A stretch of 64,000 nucleotides of DNA from a virus, in the IMG/VR virus record IMGVR_UViG_3300020596_000020, positions 17,645-81,644 of that record; one strand, written 5' to 3'. The notes under the pieces are model-generated. The model saw only the letters and a list, made by a program, of their open reading frames with translations, ran no database searches and was not told the DNA's origin. A program made the translations under genes and the position numbers. Positions 28,661 through 38,606 of this stretch are shown here, piece after piece (position 1 is the stretch's first letter; the number at the start of each line of letters is the position of its first letter).

Positions 28661-30804
28661 AGATCGGTTCCGTCAACCTCTCGCATGTCACGGAGCGAGC
28701 AACTGAAACCGAGTTTGTCTTTCTTCACTCTCACGACGTAACAAGCGTACTTCTTGAGCTCGCTAATCTGATGCTCGGCGGTGCTCCACACGAACATGCG
28801 ATGGATGGCGCCGTCCGAGCCGTAGCACGCTAATTGGAAGAAGTTGTTGCCTGTGCGCGCGGTCTTTTTCTTACCGTCAGACAGTACCATCCAATACGTT
28901 CCGTACTTCGCAGTGGTGCATTCCTCGAGAGGCGGGATGTCGTGCGCCTTGAGCTGCATGCGTAAATCATCGTCGAGCAACGCATCGGGGTCGATAGAGC
29001 CATAGAGCTCGATCTGATTCTTCACGATCTCATCACGCGTCCAGTCAGTCAACGTCTTCGACTCCTCGATGAGCTCGGCGAGTCGGCGAGTGTGATACTC
29101 GGGGTCCTTTTTCAAGCGTTTCTTGAGTTCGGCCTGACCATCGACAATGACATGATGTAGCTGCTTGTAGTTCTCGAACGTTCTCCCCGGTCCGACGATT
29201 TGCATAGAGTCGAACGCCCCGAGTGTCACAAGTGCCCCGAGCGATTTCGAATTAAACTTACTGTGTCGCCACGTTCCGTTCTCATCCCAGAGCAGGTCCT
29301 CCAACTTACGATACGGTCGTTTCACCAGCAGCTCGTTCACAGCCGAGGTTCCGACGCCGGTGACCGTGAGGAAAGACGGGTAGAAGGTTCGGTTGTCAGA
29401 CGCGATCTCCCATTCGCGATTCGAGCGGTTGATGTCAACCTTTGCGACGTCGTAACCCATCGCCTTGATCTCGGCCAGCGCACGTCGACGCGAATCAGGA
29501 TCACCGAGCATGGATTCGACGTACGAGCAGAGCCATTCCGGCTCGTAGTAAGTCATCAACCAGGCACACTGATACGAGATATATCCGTACGAGTACGAGT
29601 GGGCGCGGTTGAAACCGTAGGCGGCGAACGCCTGTAGGTCGTCGTAGAGCAACTCCGCCTTTGCGCGTGGATAGCCTTTGGCCTCGGCGCCGTCCACGAA
29701 CTTCTCGTGCAGCTCGTCGGTCAGTGTCTTCCCCTTGGATGCGTCCTTGGTAGTGCGTTTCAGGATGGCCTTGCGCAGCTTGTCTGCCTCGACCTCGCTG
29801 AAGCCTGAGAGCTTCATTGAAATCTCCATGATCTGTTCTTGATAGATCACGAACCCCATCGTATCTTCAAGACATTCGTTGACCGCGGCGTGACCGTAGT
29901 CCTTCTTCACACCATCACGACGTGCTTTGATGTAGAGCTTGTCGACGTCGGCAGCTAACGGTCCGGGTCGGTAGATCGCGGTCGCGGCTGCCAGGTCGTG
30001 AACGCTACGAGGGTCAAGGTCAGTGATGAATCGCTGCGTGCTTGGATTCGTGAACTGAAAGATGCCGGCAAAGCGAGACTCACGGAAGACATGGTTGAAC
30101 ACGTCGCTCAGGTTCGGGTCGATGCGACTCGGCGTCAGATTATCGTCGTACCACTCCTTCACCTGCGCAAAGGTTGGGTTTCGGATCCCGCTGTGACGCT
30201 TCAGGATACGACGCACGCACCGCTCAATGATACGTAACGTGTCGAGGCCGAGGAGGTCGTACTTGACTAAGCCGTACGGGCTGAGACCCTTCATCGCCAT
30301 GCCTTCACTCCAAGGCGTCTGTAGGTCTCCGCGGACGCTGATGAGTGGCATGATGCCGTCAGGGTCGTCGTGAACGATGATGCCGCCGGCATGCTTGCCG
30401 ACAGCCTTCGTCTGCCGACCAAGGATCTTCACGTCGTTGTCGATCGCCGGGTACTTCTTCATCAGAGCGCGGAAAGCCGGCGAGTGCTCCATGCAGCCCT
30501 CGTACGTCAGCTGAACAGAACCCTTGGTGTCGTCGCCGGTATGAAGATGCGGCTTCACCTCCTGATCGAGATTCTTGGTGGCGTCGTTGACCTCGTTGAA
30601 CTCGAGCCCGTGCAGCTTGGACACGTCCTTCACGAGCGACTTCATCTGCAGACCGTTGAAGTTGCTGATGGGGACGATCGTCTTCTCGCCGAACTCCTTC
30701 TTTAGCAGGTCGATGACTTTGTCGCGATCAGAGACGTCGCAGTTGTGTGTCCCAATCCAACGATCTTCTTTCATAAAAGAAGAAATTCGATAACTTTTAC
30801 CCAC
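28657..30804 (-). CDS. dnaE: DNA polymerase III alpha, C-terminal half, preceded by a 21-aa C-intein
   Basis: MGKSYRISSFMKEDRWIGTHN|CDVSDRDKV; KHAGG, KYDLLGL, GIFQF, YRPGPL, IYQEQIM, YGFNRAHS; AGGAG SD before the GTG. Confidence 0.93.
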   Translation of the reverse strand: MGKSYRISSFMKEDRWIGTHNCDVSDRDKVIDLLKKEFGEKTIVPISNFNGLQMKSLVKDVSKLHGLEFNEVNDATKNLDQEVKPHLHTGDDTKGSVQLTYEGCMEHSPAFRALMKKYPAIDNDVKILGRQTKAVGKHAGGIIVHDDPDGIMPLISVRGDLQTPWSEGMAMKGLSPYGLVKYDLLGLDTLRIIERCVRRILKRHSGIRNPTFAQVKEWYDDNLTPSRIDPNLSDVFNHVFRESRFAGIFQFTNPSTQRFITDLDPRSVHDLAAATAIYRPGPLAADVDKLYIKARRDGVKKDYGHAAVNECLEDTMGFVIYQEQIMEISMKLSGFSEVEADKLRKAILKRTTKDASKGKTLTDELHEKFVDGAEAKGYPRAKAELLYDDLQAFAAYGFNRAHSYSYGYISYQCAWLMTYYEPEWLCSYVESMLGDPDSRRRALAEIKAMGYDVAKVDINRSNREWEIASDNRTFYPSFLTVTGVGTSAVNELLVKRPYRKLEDLLWDENGTWRHSKFNSKSLGALVTLGAFDSMQIVGPGRTFENYKQLHHVIVDGQAELKKRLKKDPEYHTRRLAELIEESKTLTDWTRDEIVKNQIELYGSIDPDALLDDDLRMQLKAHDIPPLEECTTAKYGTYWMVLSDGKKKTARTGNNFFQLACYGSDGAIHRMFVWSTAEHQISELKKYACYVVRVKKDKLGFSCSLRDMREVDGTDL
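30742..30804 (-). mobile_element. split intein C-fragment (block G only)
   Basis: Ends in the THN intein terminus, followed by Cys+1 (codon 30739-30741). Confidence 0.85.
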
Positions 30805-31825
30805 GCTTAATCTCCTGTGACAGACGATCTATTTCGTGTTTGAAATTGACTTTTGTGGCTGCTTCCCAACATATCAACACGCGACAACCAAGTTTACTCT
30901 CTATACGACGTACACGAGATTCGTTTTTAAGACGAATCTGTCCTGCTGTCATACCGGAATGAAGGAGTTTATCGGCAGTGTAGACGCTTGGATTTGCATG
31001 CCAATAGTCGCCATAATACTCAACTGCACAGTCTCGATCTGGAAGGTAAAGATCGAGACTGTAACACCAACCTTCTTCTCTATTTGAGACAAAGAACTGT
31101 CTATTCATCCAAGAATATGATTTCTCGTTCTCAAATTCCTTAAGAAGAGCGTAAATAAATTCTTCTTCTTTTGCTGACGAACCGGTCGTATGACTGTTAG
31201 GCCATTCAACGTACGGATTCACATTAGCAAACCAATTATTTTTCCCATGCGTTGAGAGCATGTTTGCTTTATGCAGATCGCGCACATTGCTAGACATCAT
31301 TGGGTACGAGACACCCAATCGTTGTTCACATGTAGCTTTGTATTTCGCTTGAATCAATGTTGACTGAAGTGGTCTATTGACACCATGACGATATCTCATA
31401 GTTGCTGTGAATTTATCTTGATATTCGTCAGTGCTATAAAAGGCTGATTTTAGACAAGATTCACAAAGAAATGTTCTCTTATGCTGACGACGTGCTGTGT
31501 TCCCCTCCATTACGTGGAGTTTTCCGCATGTTGGACACTTGAAATTGAATGCCAAAGAACCTAAAGCATACTTTTTCGCATTCTCATCGACGAAATGACA
31601 TTTTTCGTCATCAAGCACGAATTCCACGTTGTTGATCAGTAACCCGGTAGTCATCACACGCGTAGAAACTGCGTGCTTCACATTTTCGTAGCTGAACCAT
31701 GGTGTTTCGAACAGTCCGCTAAACTGTTTTCTGAGCAGATTTATTTCGCGCGAGGATTCGTCTTTGAGTTGATACCCGTGTTTCGCAGCTAACACTGACG
31801 AGAAGTTACTTCGATACTTCATCAA
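30797..31825 (-). mobile_element. free-standing Vsr/DUF559-like homing endonuclease between the dnaE halves
   Basis: CPTCG..CESC Zn finger, RHGV/RLGV repeats, LDLYLP..AVEYYGDYWH..ICWE; clearly more AT-rich than the flanks. Confidence 0.82.
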
Positions 31826-32279
31826 CGTCTAAATAGTCATTGACTTTGATAATCACGTCACCCAAACGTGGATCACTTTCATCCACGTAGACATCGAACG
31901 GAATGACACGAAAAGTGTGAGAATGTTCGACCTCAATGTCCACTAACGTTCGTATACCATGCAAAATTATGATACCAACCACGACGCAATTCTCAGATCC
32001 CTTGAGAGAGTGCCCGATTAACAGTTGTTTGGCACGAACAACTGTGTTATCATCAAGTACCATCTTGTGCTCGGCGTTACACACAATCGTTCCATAGCAT
32101 GAATCTTGTTTCACTAGTAGTTCGTAGATTATCTCATCTTTTCTAGCAGATCTTGCGTTCACGGTCAAGACTTTACGATGAGCGCCTTCGATATCGATCA
32201 CAACGTCGTTTTTTTCAACTGTCTCGATGCGCTTATAACTTCCATCTGTCATCATGATCAAATGACGAGCATCTAAACA
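31806..32279 (-). mobile_element. split intein N-fragment (157 aa; blocks A, B and F plus an acidic tail)
   Basis: CLDARHLIMMTDGSYKRIE (A), IVCNAEHKM (B), LVDIEVEHSHTF (F), then a stop with no terminal HN. Confidence 0.85.
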
Positions 32280-33755
32280 ATCGATGTCTGGAACGTCAGT
32301 GCGAGCCAACGACATGAAGCGGGCGAAGATGAGATTGTTAGAAACAGGATCGACGTCTGTGATGCCGAGCACGAAGTTGACGAGGCTGCCGGCTCCGGAC
32401 CCGCGACCCGGACCGACGAGACAATCCTTCTTGGCAACATCAAGGATCGCCTTCAGAGTGAGGAAGTAAATGGAGTTGTCGAGCTTCTTGATGACGGACA
32501 GCTCGTTCTTGAGTCGCGCGACGTAGGCCGGTAGATGGGCCAACCGCTTCGCGCGCATGCCCTCCTTGCAACTCTCCACGAGCGTCTGGAACGGCGTCAT
32601 GTCGGGGCGAACGCCGAAGCTAGGAAGCTTCACGCTCGTGTCGATGGTCACGTCGCCGATGACGTCGTGCGCGACGTGCCAGGCGTTCTCGATGGACTCG
32701 GCTACGACCGCGTCGTCGTAGAACGCGTGACCCTCCTTGTACAGGTTGTACGCATCCCACATCTGATCCGCGTTCTTTGGATAGAGCTCGCACTTGAGCT
32801 GCTTCACGTCAGCCGGGATGGAGTCCGGACCGAGCTCCGAACCGCCGCGCCCCATGCGGCCAAGCAGCTTGTACACCTCGCGTGCGCGCCACAGATCGGG
32901 GCTACAGTAGTGCGAGTCAGCCGTAGCGACCAACTTGACGCCGTTCGACTTTGCGAACTCAAGCAGCACACGGTTGGTGAGGTGTTGAGGCGCTAAGCGG
33001 TTGAACTGGATCTCAGCGAACACGTTGTCGCGCCCGACGGCGTCCGTGAGTCTGTCGAACTCGTTGCCGACGGCTCGCATAACGGCGTCGCGCTTCCCAG
33101 GTTCGTCCAGGATATCTGGGGTCAACTCGTCGAACGACTTACCGGCGAACTGAGAGTACGTCGCCCAAGATGGCACGCCGGCAACGCAGGCCGTAGACAC
33201 TACGACGTCCTCGCCATGTTCCTTCAGCATTGCCGAGTCGATGCGCGGGAAGCGGTAATAACCCTCGCGCGCACTGCGAGACACCAAGCGAAAGATGTTC
33301 TCGAGGCCCTTCTGCGACTTAGGAAGCAGCACGAGGTGGTGGCGACGCTCGACCGGGTCGAGGTATTTGCCGTTACGCTTGGACGCGTCCTCGTCTTCCA
33401 CGGCGACGCCCGTGTCATCTTCGTCATTGTCCGGACGCTTGACTTTGGCAGCCTCGCGCTCTTCCTTGCGCACTTGGTCACGCGTGACTTTCGCTGCGGC
33501 CCAGTCCTTCAGACTCGGGATGTAGTATGCTTCGACCCCGGGAATGAACTTCATGGGTCGACCGTTTTTATTCAACTCCTGTGTTTTTTGGTAGCATTCA
33601 GGGAACGAGTTCATGTTTCCATGATTCGTCATAGCCATCGAGCTCATGCCATTGTCAGCAGCGAACTGGATGTGATCTCCTCCATCACCGAAGCCGTCGT
33701 AGATGCTTTTCCCATCGTGTGCGTGCAAGTTCGCGAACTTCTTCGGATTTACCAT
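31806..33755 (-). CDS. dnaE: DNA polymerase III alpha, N-terminal half (PHP domain to PDID) fused to N-intein
   Basis: NLHAHDGKSIYDG, TNHGNM, GVEAY, HLVLL, ATADSHY, GPGRGSGAGSLV, PDID|CLD. Confidence 0.93.
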   Translation of the reverse strand: MVNPKKFANLHAHDGKSIYDGFGDGGDHIQFAADNGMSSMAMTNHGNMNSFPECYQKTQELNKNGRPMKFIPGVEAYYIPSLKDWAAAKVTRDQVRKEEREAAKVKRPDNDEDDTGVAVEDEDASKRNGKYLDPVERRHHLVLLPKSQKGLENIFRLVSRSAREGYYRFPRIDSAMLKEHGEDVVVSTACVAGVPSWATYSQFAGKSFDELTPDILDEPGKRDAVMRAVGNEFDRLTDAVGRDNVFAEIQFNRLAPQHLTNRVLLEFAKSNGVKLVATADSHYCSPDLWRAREVYKLLGRMGRGGSELGPDSIPADVKQLKCELYPKNADQMWDAYNLYKEGHAFYDDAVVAESIENAWHVAHDVIGDVTIDTSVKLPSFGVRPDMTPFQTLVESCKEGMRAKRLAHLPAYVARLKNELSVIKKLDNSIYFLTLKAILDVAKKDCLVGPGRGSGAGSLVNFVLGITDVDPVSNNLIFARFMSLARTDVPDIDCLDARHLIMMTDGSYKRIETVEKNDVVIDIEGAHRKVLTVNARSARKDEIIYELLVKQDSCYGTIVCNAEHKMVLDDNTVVRAKQLLIGHSLKGSENCVVVGIIILHGIRTLVDIEVEHSHTFRVIPFDVYVDESDPRLGDVIIKVNDYLDVDEVSK

Positions 33756-33795
33756 ACACTTCTATTGTCTGTCACTCGACCTCACACCCGAACAC

Positions 33796-33869
33796 TGGAG
33801 CCACCGACCGGACTTGAACCGGTATAACGAAGATACAAACTTCGGGTCCTGCCATTAAACGACAGTGGC
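33796..33869 (-). tRNA. tRNA-Thr(UGU)
   Basis: GCCACTG/CGGTGGC acceptor, CGAAG-TTTGTAT-CTTCG anticodon arm, ACCGG-TTCAAGT-CCGGT T arm, encoded CCA. Confidence 0.92.
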
Positions 33870-33886
33870 TAATCGCTGCTTTCCTC

Positions 33887-34129
33887 TTACTCTATCAGAC
33901 GCCGCGGCGAACGAATCAGTTCCCACGTCGAAGAGATATTCGCCTCATCGTTGCGAACGTTGACCACCTTACCTGTTGTCAGTCGTAGAGATACGTGTCC
34001 CTTGCGGGTTCTGCTGCGCTCAAGAATCAAGATCACTAGCGCGCCCTCGCGCCTGACAAGGATGTCACCTTTACACAATGACGCCCAAGTTGGGGCCATT
34101 TCATCGGACGAATTCCATCTAAACGACAT
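33887..34129 (-). CDS. small hypothetical protein (GD..W family)
   Basis: LCKGDILV...TWELI. Confidence 0.5.
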   Translation of the reverse strand: MSFRWNSSDEMAPTWASLCKGDILVRREGALVILILERSRTRKGHVSLRLTTGKVVNVRNDEANISSTWELIRSPRRLIE

Positions 34130-34481
34130 TAGTTGTCTTCACAGAGATCACGCCACCAGCGCTTGAGAAAAGACACGTTAGCCTCAGCAAGCAACGCATC
34201 GATCGTCAACAGTTCGTCGGCACAGATCGCTCCCGAGATGTAGGCGTCGATGATCACCTGCACCGGGATCTCCTTGGCTAGCGCGCGTAGCAGCGATCGA
34301 CGTGTATCGACAGATCGCAGGGCGACCAGGAACTCGGGACTGATCCATCCACGATTCGTCACCGTTTCATACGTGACACCAGCTCGATGTACGAGATCGT
34401 CTCGGACCGTCTTCAAACTCTCGTTCATGAGTTTCAACTGCACGACGCAATCACACAGGCGTCGTTCTCCCAGCCCCACAT

Positions 34482-35090
34482 TCAGTCCTCCACCGAGGTT
34501 AAAATTCCATAGATGTTGTCGGCCACGCACCAGCCGTTGACGCCCCCCTTGTTGTTTCCGATTTGGTAACGTCCGTCGCTCCCGACGGCAAGCACCAAGT
34601 GAAGATACTGATTGCCAGACACCTTGCAGAGAACGACAGAACCCACTTCAAGCGGGTGAGTTGCCGGCGCAACAGTCACCAGTTGACCATTCTTGACCCT
34701 ACCAGTCATAGAGTTACCACGCGGTCTGAACTTAACAGTCTTTCCGTTCTGTAAGTCTGTAATGTGACTGTCAGCCCACATCACGCTTCTCCCGGGCACC
34801 CACAGCCCATCCGGCGCTTCTGGATTCACCGGAGTCTCGCGAACTTGGTAGTCGCCCTTCGGGTCACGCGTCTGATACTTTTGTGCAAGGTCAACGGCTC
34901 TATTGCGATCCTCGAACGAAGCGATGTGTGTTCCCTCAACATCGTCGCGAATCCACGTGTACATCTCGCCCATGCTTTCGTAGCTGACGAGCATCACACC
35001 ATATTTTACATTTTTACTTGTCACCCTTGAGCTCCCTCCGCAATTCCATCCAAAGTACGCCCAGAACGTTGCAACCTGTCCACTCACCAT
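34482..35090 (-). CDS. protein with C-terminal S24/S26 peptidase-like domain (true start probably near 34995)
   Basis: [23 protein letters not shown]. Confidence 0.6.
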   Translation of the reverse strand: MVSGQVATFWAYFGWNCGGSSRVTSKNVKYGVMLVSYESMGEMYTWIRDDVEGTHIASFEDRNRAVDLAQKYQTRDPKGDYQVRETPVNPEAPDGLWVPGRSVMWADSHITDLQNGKTVKFRPRGNSMTGRVKNGQLVTVAPATHPLEVGSVVLCKVSGNQYLHLVLAVGSDGRYQIGNNKGGVNGWCVADNIYGILTSVED

Positions 35091-35490
35091 CTGCTTTTAA
35101 TGCCGCGCCCCAGAAGAGACCAGTGCCCTGCGGACGTTTGGTGCAGTCTTCGATGAGGCAAGCGTCTTCTGTAAGCAACAGGTCAGCTTTAACCTTTGGG
35201 TGGGCTTCGACCTTCAAGCGAAGCACGATGCGCATCAAGTCAGCGTCTTCTTCCGACAGCGGTGTCACCACTCGCTTCTCGGCGTACTTTTTCGCTGTCA
35301 TCTTTGCTGCCATTGGCGACTTCTGTTCACGGATGAGGTCACGAATCGGGTCATTTTCGGCTAGACGCATGGCCTGGAACAGAGCCTCTGTCGTGCGCCA
35401 CTCTACACCCTGGTAGATGACGGGAAAGGGTGCCATGTTGCCGAGCCAGCCGTAGGGCTCGGATACTTTGCGGAAGGTGATGTTTCGCAT
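35014..35490 (-). CDS. NADAR (YbiA-like) family protein
   Basis: [26 protein letters not shown], [13 protein letters not shown]. Confidence 0.88.
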   Translation of the reverse strand: MRNITFRKVSEPYGWLGNMAPFPVIYQGVEWRTTEALFQAMRLAENDPIRDLIREQKSPMAAKMTAKKYAEKRVVTPLSEEDADLMRIVLRLKVEAHPKVKADLLLTEDACLIEDCTKRPQGTGLFWGAALKADGEWTGCNVLGVLWMELRRELKGDK

Positions 35491-35545
35491 GTCTTCAATC
35501 TACACGAATGTTGAAGACAACCTATCTCTTCACAATTCTCAACAC

Positions 35546-35585
35546 AAAAGGAAACACCCGGAAGCCATGAGGCCGTCCGGGTGTT
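35546..35585 (-). terminator. intrinsic terminator downstream of the GH5 gene
   Basis: AACACCCGGA...TCCGGGTGTT hairpin followed by TCCTTTT on the minus strand. Confidence 0.7.
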
Positions 35586-35604
35586 AAGCGAAGCGTAAGA
35601 AAGC

Positions 35605-38043
35605 TTAGTAAAGAATACCGCCGCTCGTCGGTACGTATTTCTTTGGGCCGTAATCCCAACAGAAACCGACCGTTGCTGAAGATGTGTTCGCAGCAATTGT
35701 GCCAACGCCGATGTTGTTGTTCAAAGGCGTTACCACGGTCTTGCCAGTGGCTGTTGGATTTGGGAAGATCGCTCCCCACACACCAGAAACACCGCGCAGC
35801 CTGCTGTCATTCAAGTAAATGATCATCCCTTTCCACGACAGCGGCACAGGGTTTTTGTTGGTGTAGGTGTAAACTTTACACCCGCCACTACCCCAATCGT
35901 ACGTCTTCACTGCGGTGACAACGAGAGGGAGGCAACCCTTTGCGCTGACTGTTCCCTTGACACTTGGACACAGATCGTTGACGTCGAGCACCCCATCGCC
36001 GTCAGTGTCGGTCGTCGGAGAAACGTATGTGCACGACTGACTGAGTGTGGGTGTGCCAGAGCATACAGTCGGATTCGAGGTCACCGTTCGCGTTTGCGTT
36101 CCGTTAGATTGGCAAACGTTCCAAGTCGAGTACGTGAACGTGCAAACAGGAGGAACATATGTACACGACTGTGTGAGCGACGCAGACGTCCCAACACAAC
36201 CGACCGGCAACGAAGTGACGGTTCGCGTCTGCGTTTCCGTTGACGAACACGATGACCACGTTGAGTATGTGAAGACACACGACGGAGGAGGCAAAGGCGC
36301 GCTGTCAGTCATCCAACCCGCGTTCATGAAGGGCAGCAAGCTGTTGATGAGATCATATTTGGTGCCGGTCGTCCCCACGTCGTTGTCCCAGTGACTACCA
36401 GGCTTCTCGATGAACGTCACCGGGAACCCGCGAGTCTTCAAGATGTTCATATTGTTACGCACGTTGGCGATCGCGTAGTACGTGATGGTATCGCCGGTGT
36501 GAGCAAGGTGAGCGATGTTGAGCTTCCAGCTCGCGGTCGTGGACGCCGTCATGGCAGTCACGCTCGGATTGGTGTTCTCGAAGATGAGTCCAGAGAACAA
36601 ATTTGCGTTCTTGAACGCGAGCTCGTACCCGATGTCACCGCCGGACGAGTATCCTCCGAGAATCACGCGACGCGGATCGACGTTAAAATGTGTCTTCATG
36701 TTCGCGATGGCGGCGAGGATCTTCGCACCGTCGGTCGCGTAGTTGGACCAACAAGCTCCCTCACGACCACCGACAGCAAGTGTGATCCAGTTCTGTGCGC
36801 CGCCAGGCGACACCATCCAGGCGTCGTACTGCGCCTGTCCACCGCATCCGTGGAGCCAGACGAGTAGTGAGATCGGAGTGGCGTGCGTCGCGTCGTAACT
36901 CGCTGGGACGTACGCCCAGTTGGTCTGACCGCTGTTGGTCGTAAAGACTGTGCTCTTCGTGTAGGCGATGGGGTTTGTCACCGGCGACGTTGTGGTCGGC
37001 GACAAAGTAAGGAACGGTGTGAGCCAGGCTGTCTGTGGGCGATCGACGCCTGCTTTCGGCTCGAGCGTGAGCATATACTCACCCCACCACGGTCCAGCAG
37101 CCCACCATGCCCAGCCAACGAGCACGTCAGAGTTGACGGTCGCGTACGTGAGGAAGTCCGTCACAGCAGCCTTACACGTCGACGTGTTCGGTGTTCCGAT
37201 CTCGCCGACCCAGATCTTCTTGCCGTTCTGTCGAGCCCATGCCACGACTGCGGTCATGCGAGTCGATCCAATAGTGGAGTTGACGCAATCTGTGCCGCCG
37301 CCACTACCGTCACTGTCGAAGTAGTTGTGCACCTCGAAGATCGAGTTGTTACCGCTGTCCACGTACTTGAGAAGCGCGACGGAGTTGGCCGTCCCGTACC
37401 AGGTCGCAGTCCAGCTGTGAGCGCCTGACCACGCGTTGCCAGGCACCGACACCACATTCGTCGCTCCCGTGGCTCGAATGGCCGCGGTGGCCGCGTTGGC
37501 AGTGATCACCCACTGCTCGGTGGGCATGTCGTGCGGCTCGTTGACGAGGCCGAACACAACCTTGAGATTGGACTTGTACTTGACGGCGAGTCGCGACCAG
37601 AGGTTCGCGAACACACTGGAGGGGACTTGTGTCGTGCCTACAACGCCATCATAGTAACGGGCGAAGTTGTGCGGATTAAGAACGACCGTCAAACCTTTCG
37701 ACGTCGCGTAGACGACGATGGCGTTGAGATCAGTCTCGTACGTCGGCACAAACGCGCCGTTGGCTGTCGGCTGCAGACGTTCCCATAAAAAACCGACACG
37801 AACCGTGTTCATGCCCTTACTAGCGAAATAGTCGACTTCGCTTGTTGTCGGCCAAACATAATCGGTGCCCTTGACGCCAGGCTTTGCAGTACCAAACTCG
37901 GCTCCAGCGAGATTGATGCCGTGCATCGCGGGAAGACTGACTTCAGTCTTGGGGAAGTCGCTGCGACCGATATGCGGGTAACAGCCGACGGTTATCAGCA
38001 CGGTGCTGACGATAAGAATGAGATATCGGATGATCTTGTTCAT
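35605..38043 (-). CDS. modular secreted lipoprotein: GH5 endoglucanase + alpha/beta-hydrolase esterase + TSP1-like repeats + TSP3 Ca-binding motif + CBM2-like domain
   Basis: Lipobox ITVGC; GINLAGAEFG, WERLQ, NPHNFARY, NEPH, HNYFD, GEIG, WWAAGPWW; LHGCGG, GYSSGG; CxFTYSTWxxC x2; DTDGDGVLDVNDLCP; DWGSG. Confidence 0.88.
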   Translation of the reverse strand: MNKIIRYLILIVSTVLITVGCYPHIGRSDFPKTEVSLPAMHGINLAGAEFGTAKPGVKGTDYVWPTTSEVDYFASKGMNTVRVGFLWERLQPTANGAFVPTYETDLNAIVVYATSKGLTVVLNPHNFARYYDGVVGTTQVPSSVFANLWSRLAVKYKSNLKVVFGLVNEPHDMPTEQWVITANAATAAIRATGATNVVSVPGNAWSGAHSWTATWYGTANSVALLKYVDSGNNSIFEVHNYFDSDGSGGGTDCVNSTIGSTRMTAVVAWARQNGKKIWVGEIGTPNTSTCKAAVTDFLTYATVNSDVLVGWAWWAAGPWWGEYMLTLEPKAGVDRPQTAWLTPFLTLSPTTTSPVTNPIAYTKSTVFTTNSGQTNWAYVPASYDATHATPISLLVWLHGCGGQAQYDAWMVSPGGAQNWITLAVGGREGACWSNYATDGAKILAAIANMKTHFNVDPRRVILGGYSSGGDIGYELAFKNANLFSGLIFENTNPSVTAMTASTTASWKLNIAHLAHTGDTITYYAIANVRNNMNILKTRGFPVTFIEKPGSHWDNDVGTTGTKYDLINSLLPFMNAGWMTDSAPLPPPSCVFTYSTWSSCSSTETQTRTVTSLPVGCVGTSASLTQSCTYVPPVCTFTYSTWNVCQSNGTQTRTVTSNPTVCSGTPTLSQSCTYVSPTTDTDGDGVLDVNDLCPSVKGTVSAKGCLPLVVTAVKTYDWGSGGCKVYTYTNKNPVPLSWKGMIIYLNDSRLRGVSGVWGAIFPNPTATGKTVVTPLNNNIGVGTIAANTSSATVGFCWDYGPKKYVPTSGGILY

Positions 38044-38597
38044 ATATTTTCCTTACGGTCGCTGAGACCTTCTTCGACGGCAAACTCGATCTCACGTAAC
38101 TCGCGGTCGAGATCTTCGTCTGAAGTATCAAGAAAGATATGACGTGTCTTCAGGCGCGGCGCGCACTGCTTGTAGAGGGTGTCGATCGCCGTGATCTGGT
38201 CCTCTTTGATGGTGATATCATCTTCGTCGACCCGGCCAACGTACCCCTGTAGTCGGGTACACACGACGATAAGCGCGTTCATGCGTGCGTACGCTTCATC
38301 GAGCTGCGCGACGACATCAGGGTCGGTCGGGCGGCCGAAGTGTTTCGAGTAGACAATCTCAGATGGAAAGTTGCGGTCAAGAATGACCGATGTGTCAGTC
38401 TGCTCAAGGAAGTCCGCCAGCGTCGTCTCGCCAAAACGGAGGAAGGGCAGAAACTGCGACCGGTCGCTCATGAAGAACTTCTTCTGGACTTGCGCCTTAA
38501 AGATCGGAATGTCGAGACTGGCAGAGAGAGCCTTAGCAATCTCAGTTTTTCCGACCCTCTCCGTCCCTTCTAGGATAATGATTCTCTGTTTGCTCAT
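38040..38597 (-). CDS. deoxynucleoside monophosphate kinase-like P-loop protein
   Basis: IILEGTERVGKT, ILDRNFPSEIVY. Confidence 0.75.
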   Translation of the reverse strand: MSKQRIIILEGTERVGKTEIAKALSASLDIPIFKAQVQKKFFMSDRSQFLPFLRFGETTLADFLEQTDTSVILDRNFPSEIVYSKHFGRPTDPDVVAQLDEAYARMNALIVVCTRLQGYVGRVDEDDITIKEDQITAIDTLYKQCAPRLKTRHIFLDTSDEDLDRELREIEFAVEEGLSDRKENI

Positions 38598-38606
38598 GCT
38601 TTTATC

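Noticed and set aside
30797-32279. Group I intron or a contiguous intein in dnaE
   Set aside because: Clear intein termini (C1; HN|C) are present, the three ORFs are in three frames, IntC has its own SD, and the endonuclease lies after block F rather than in the usual B-F position.
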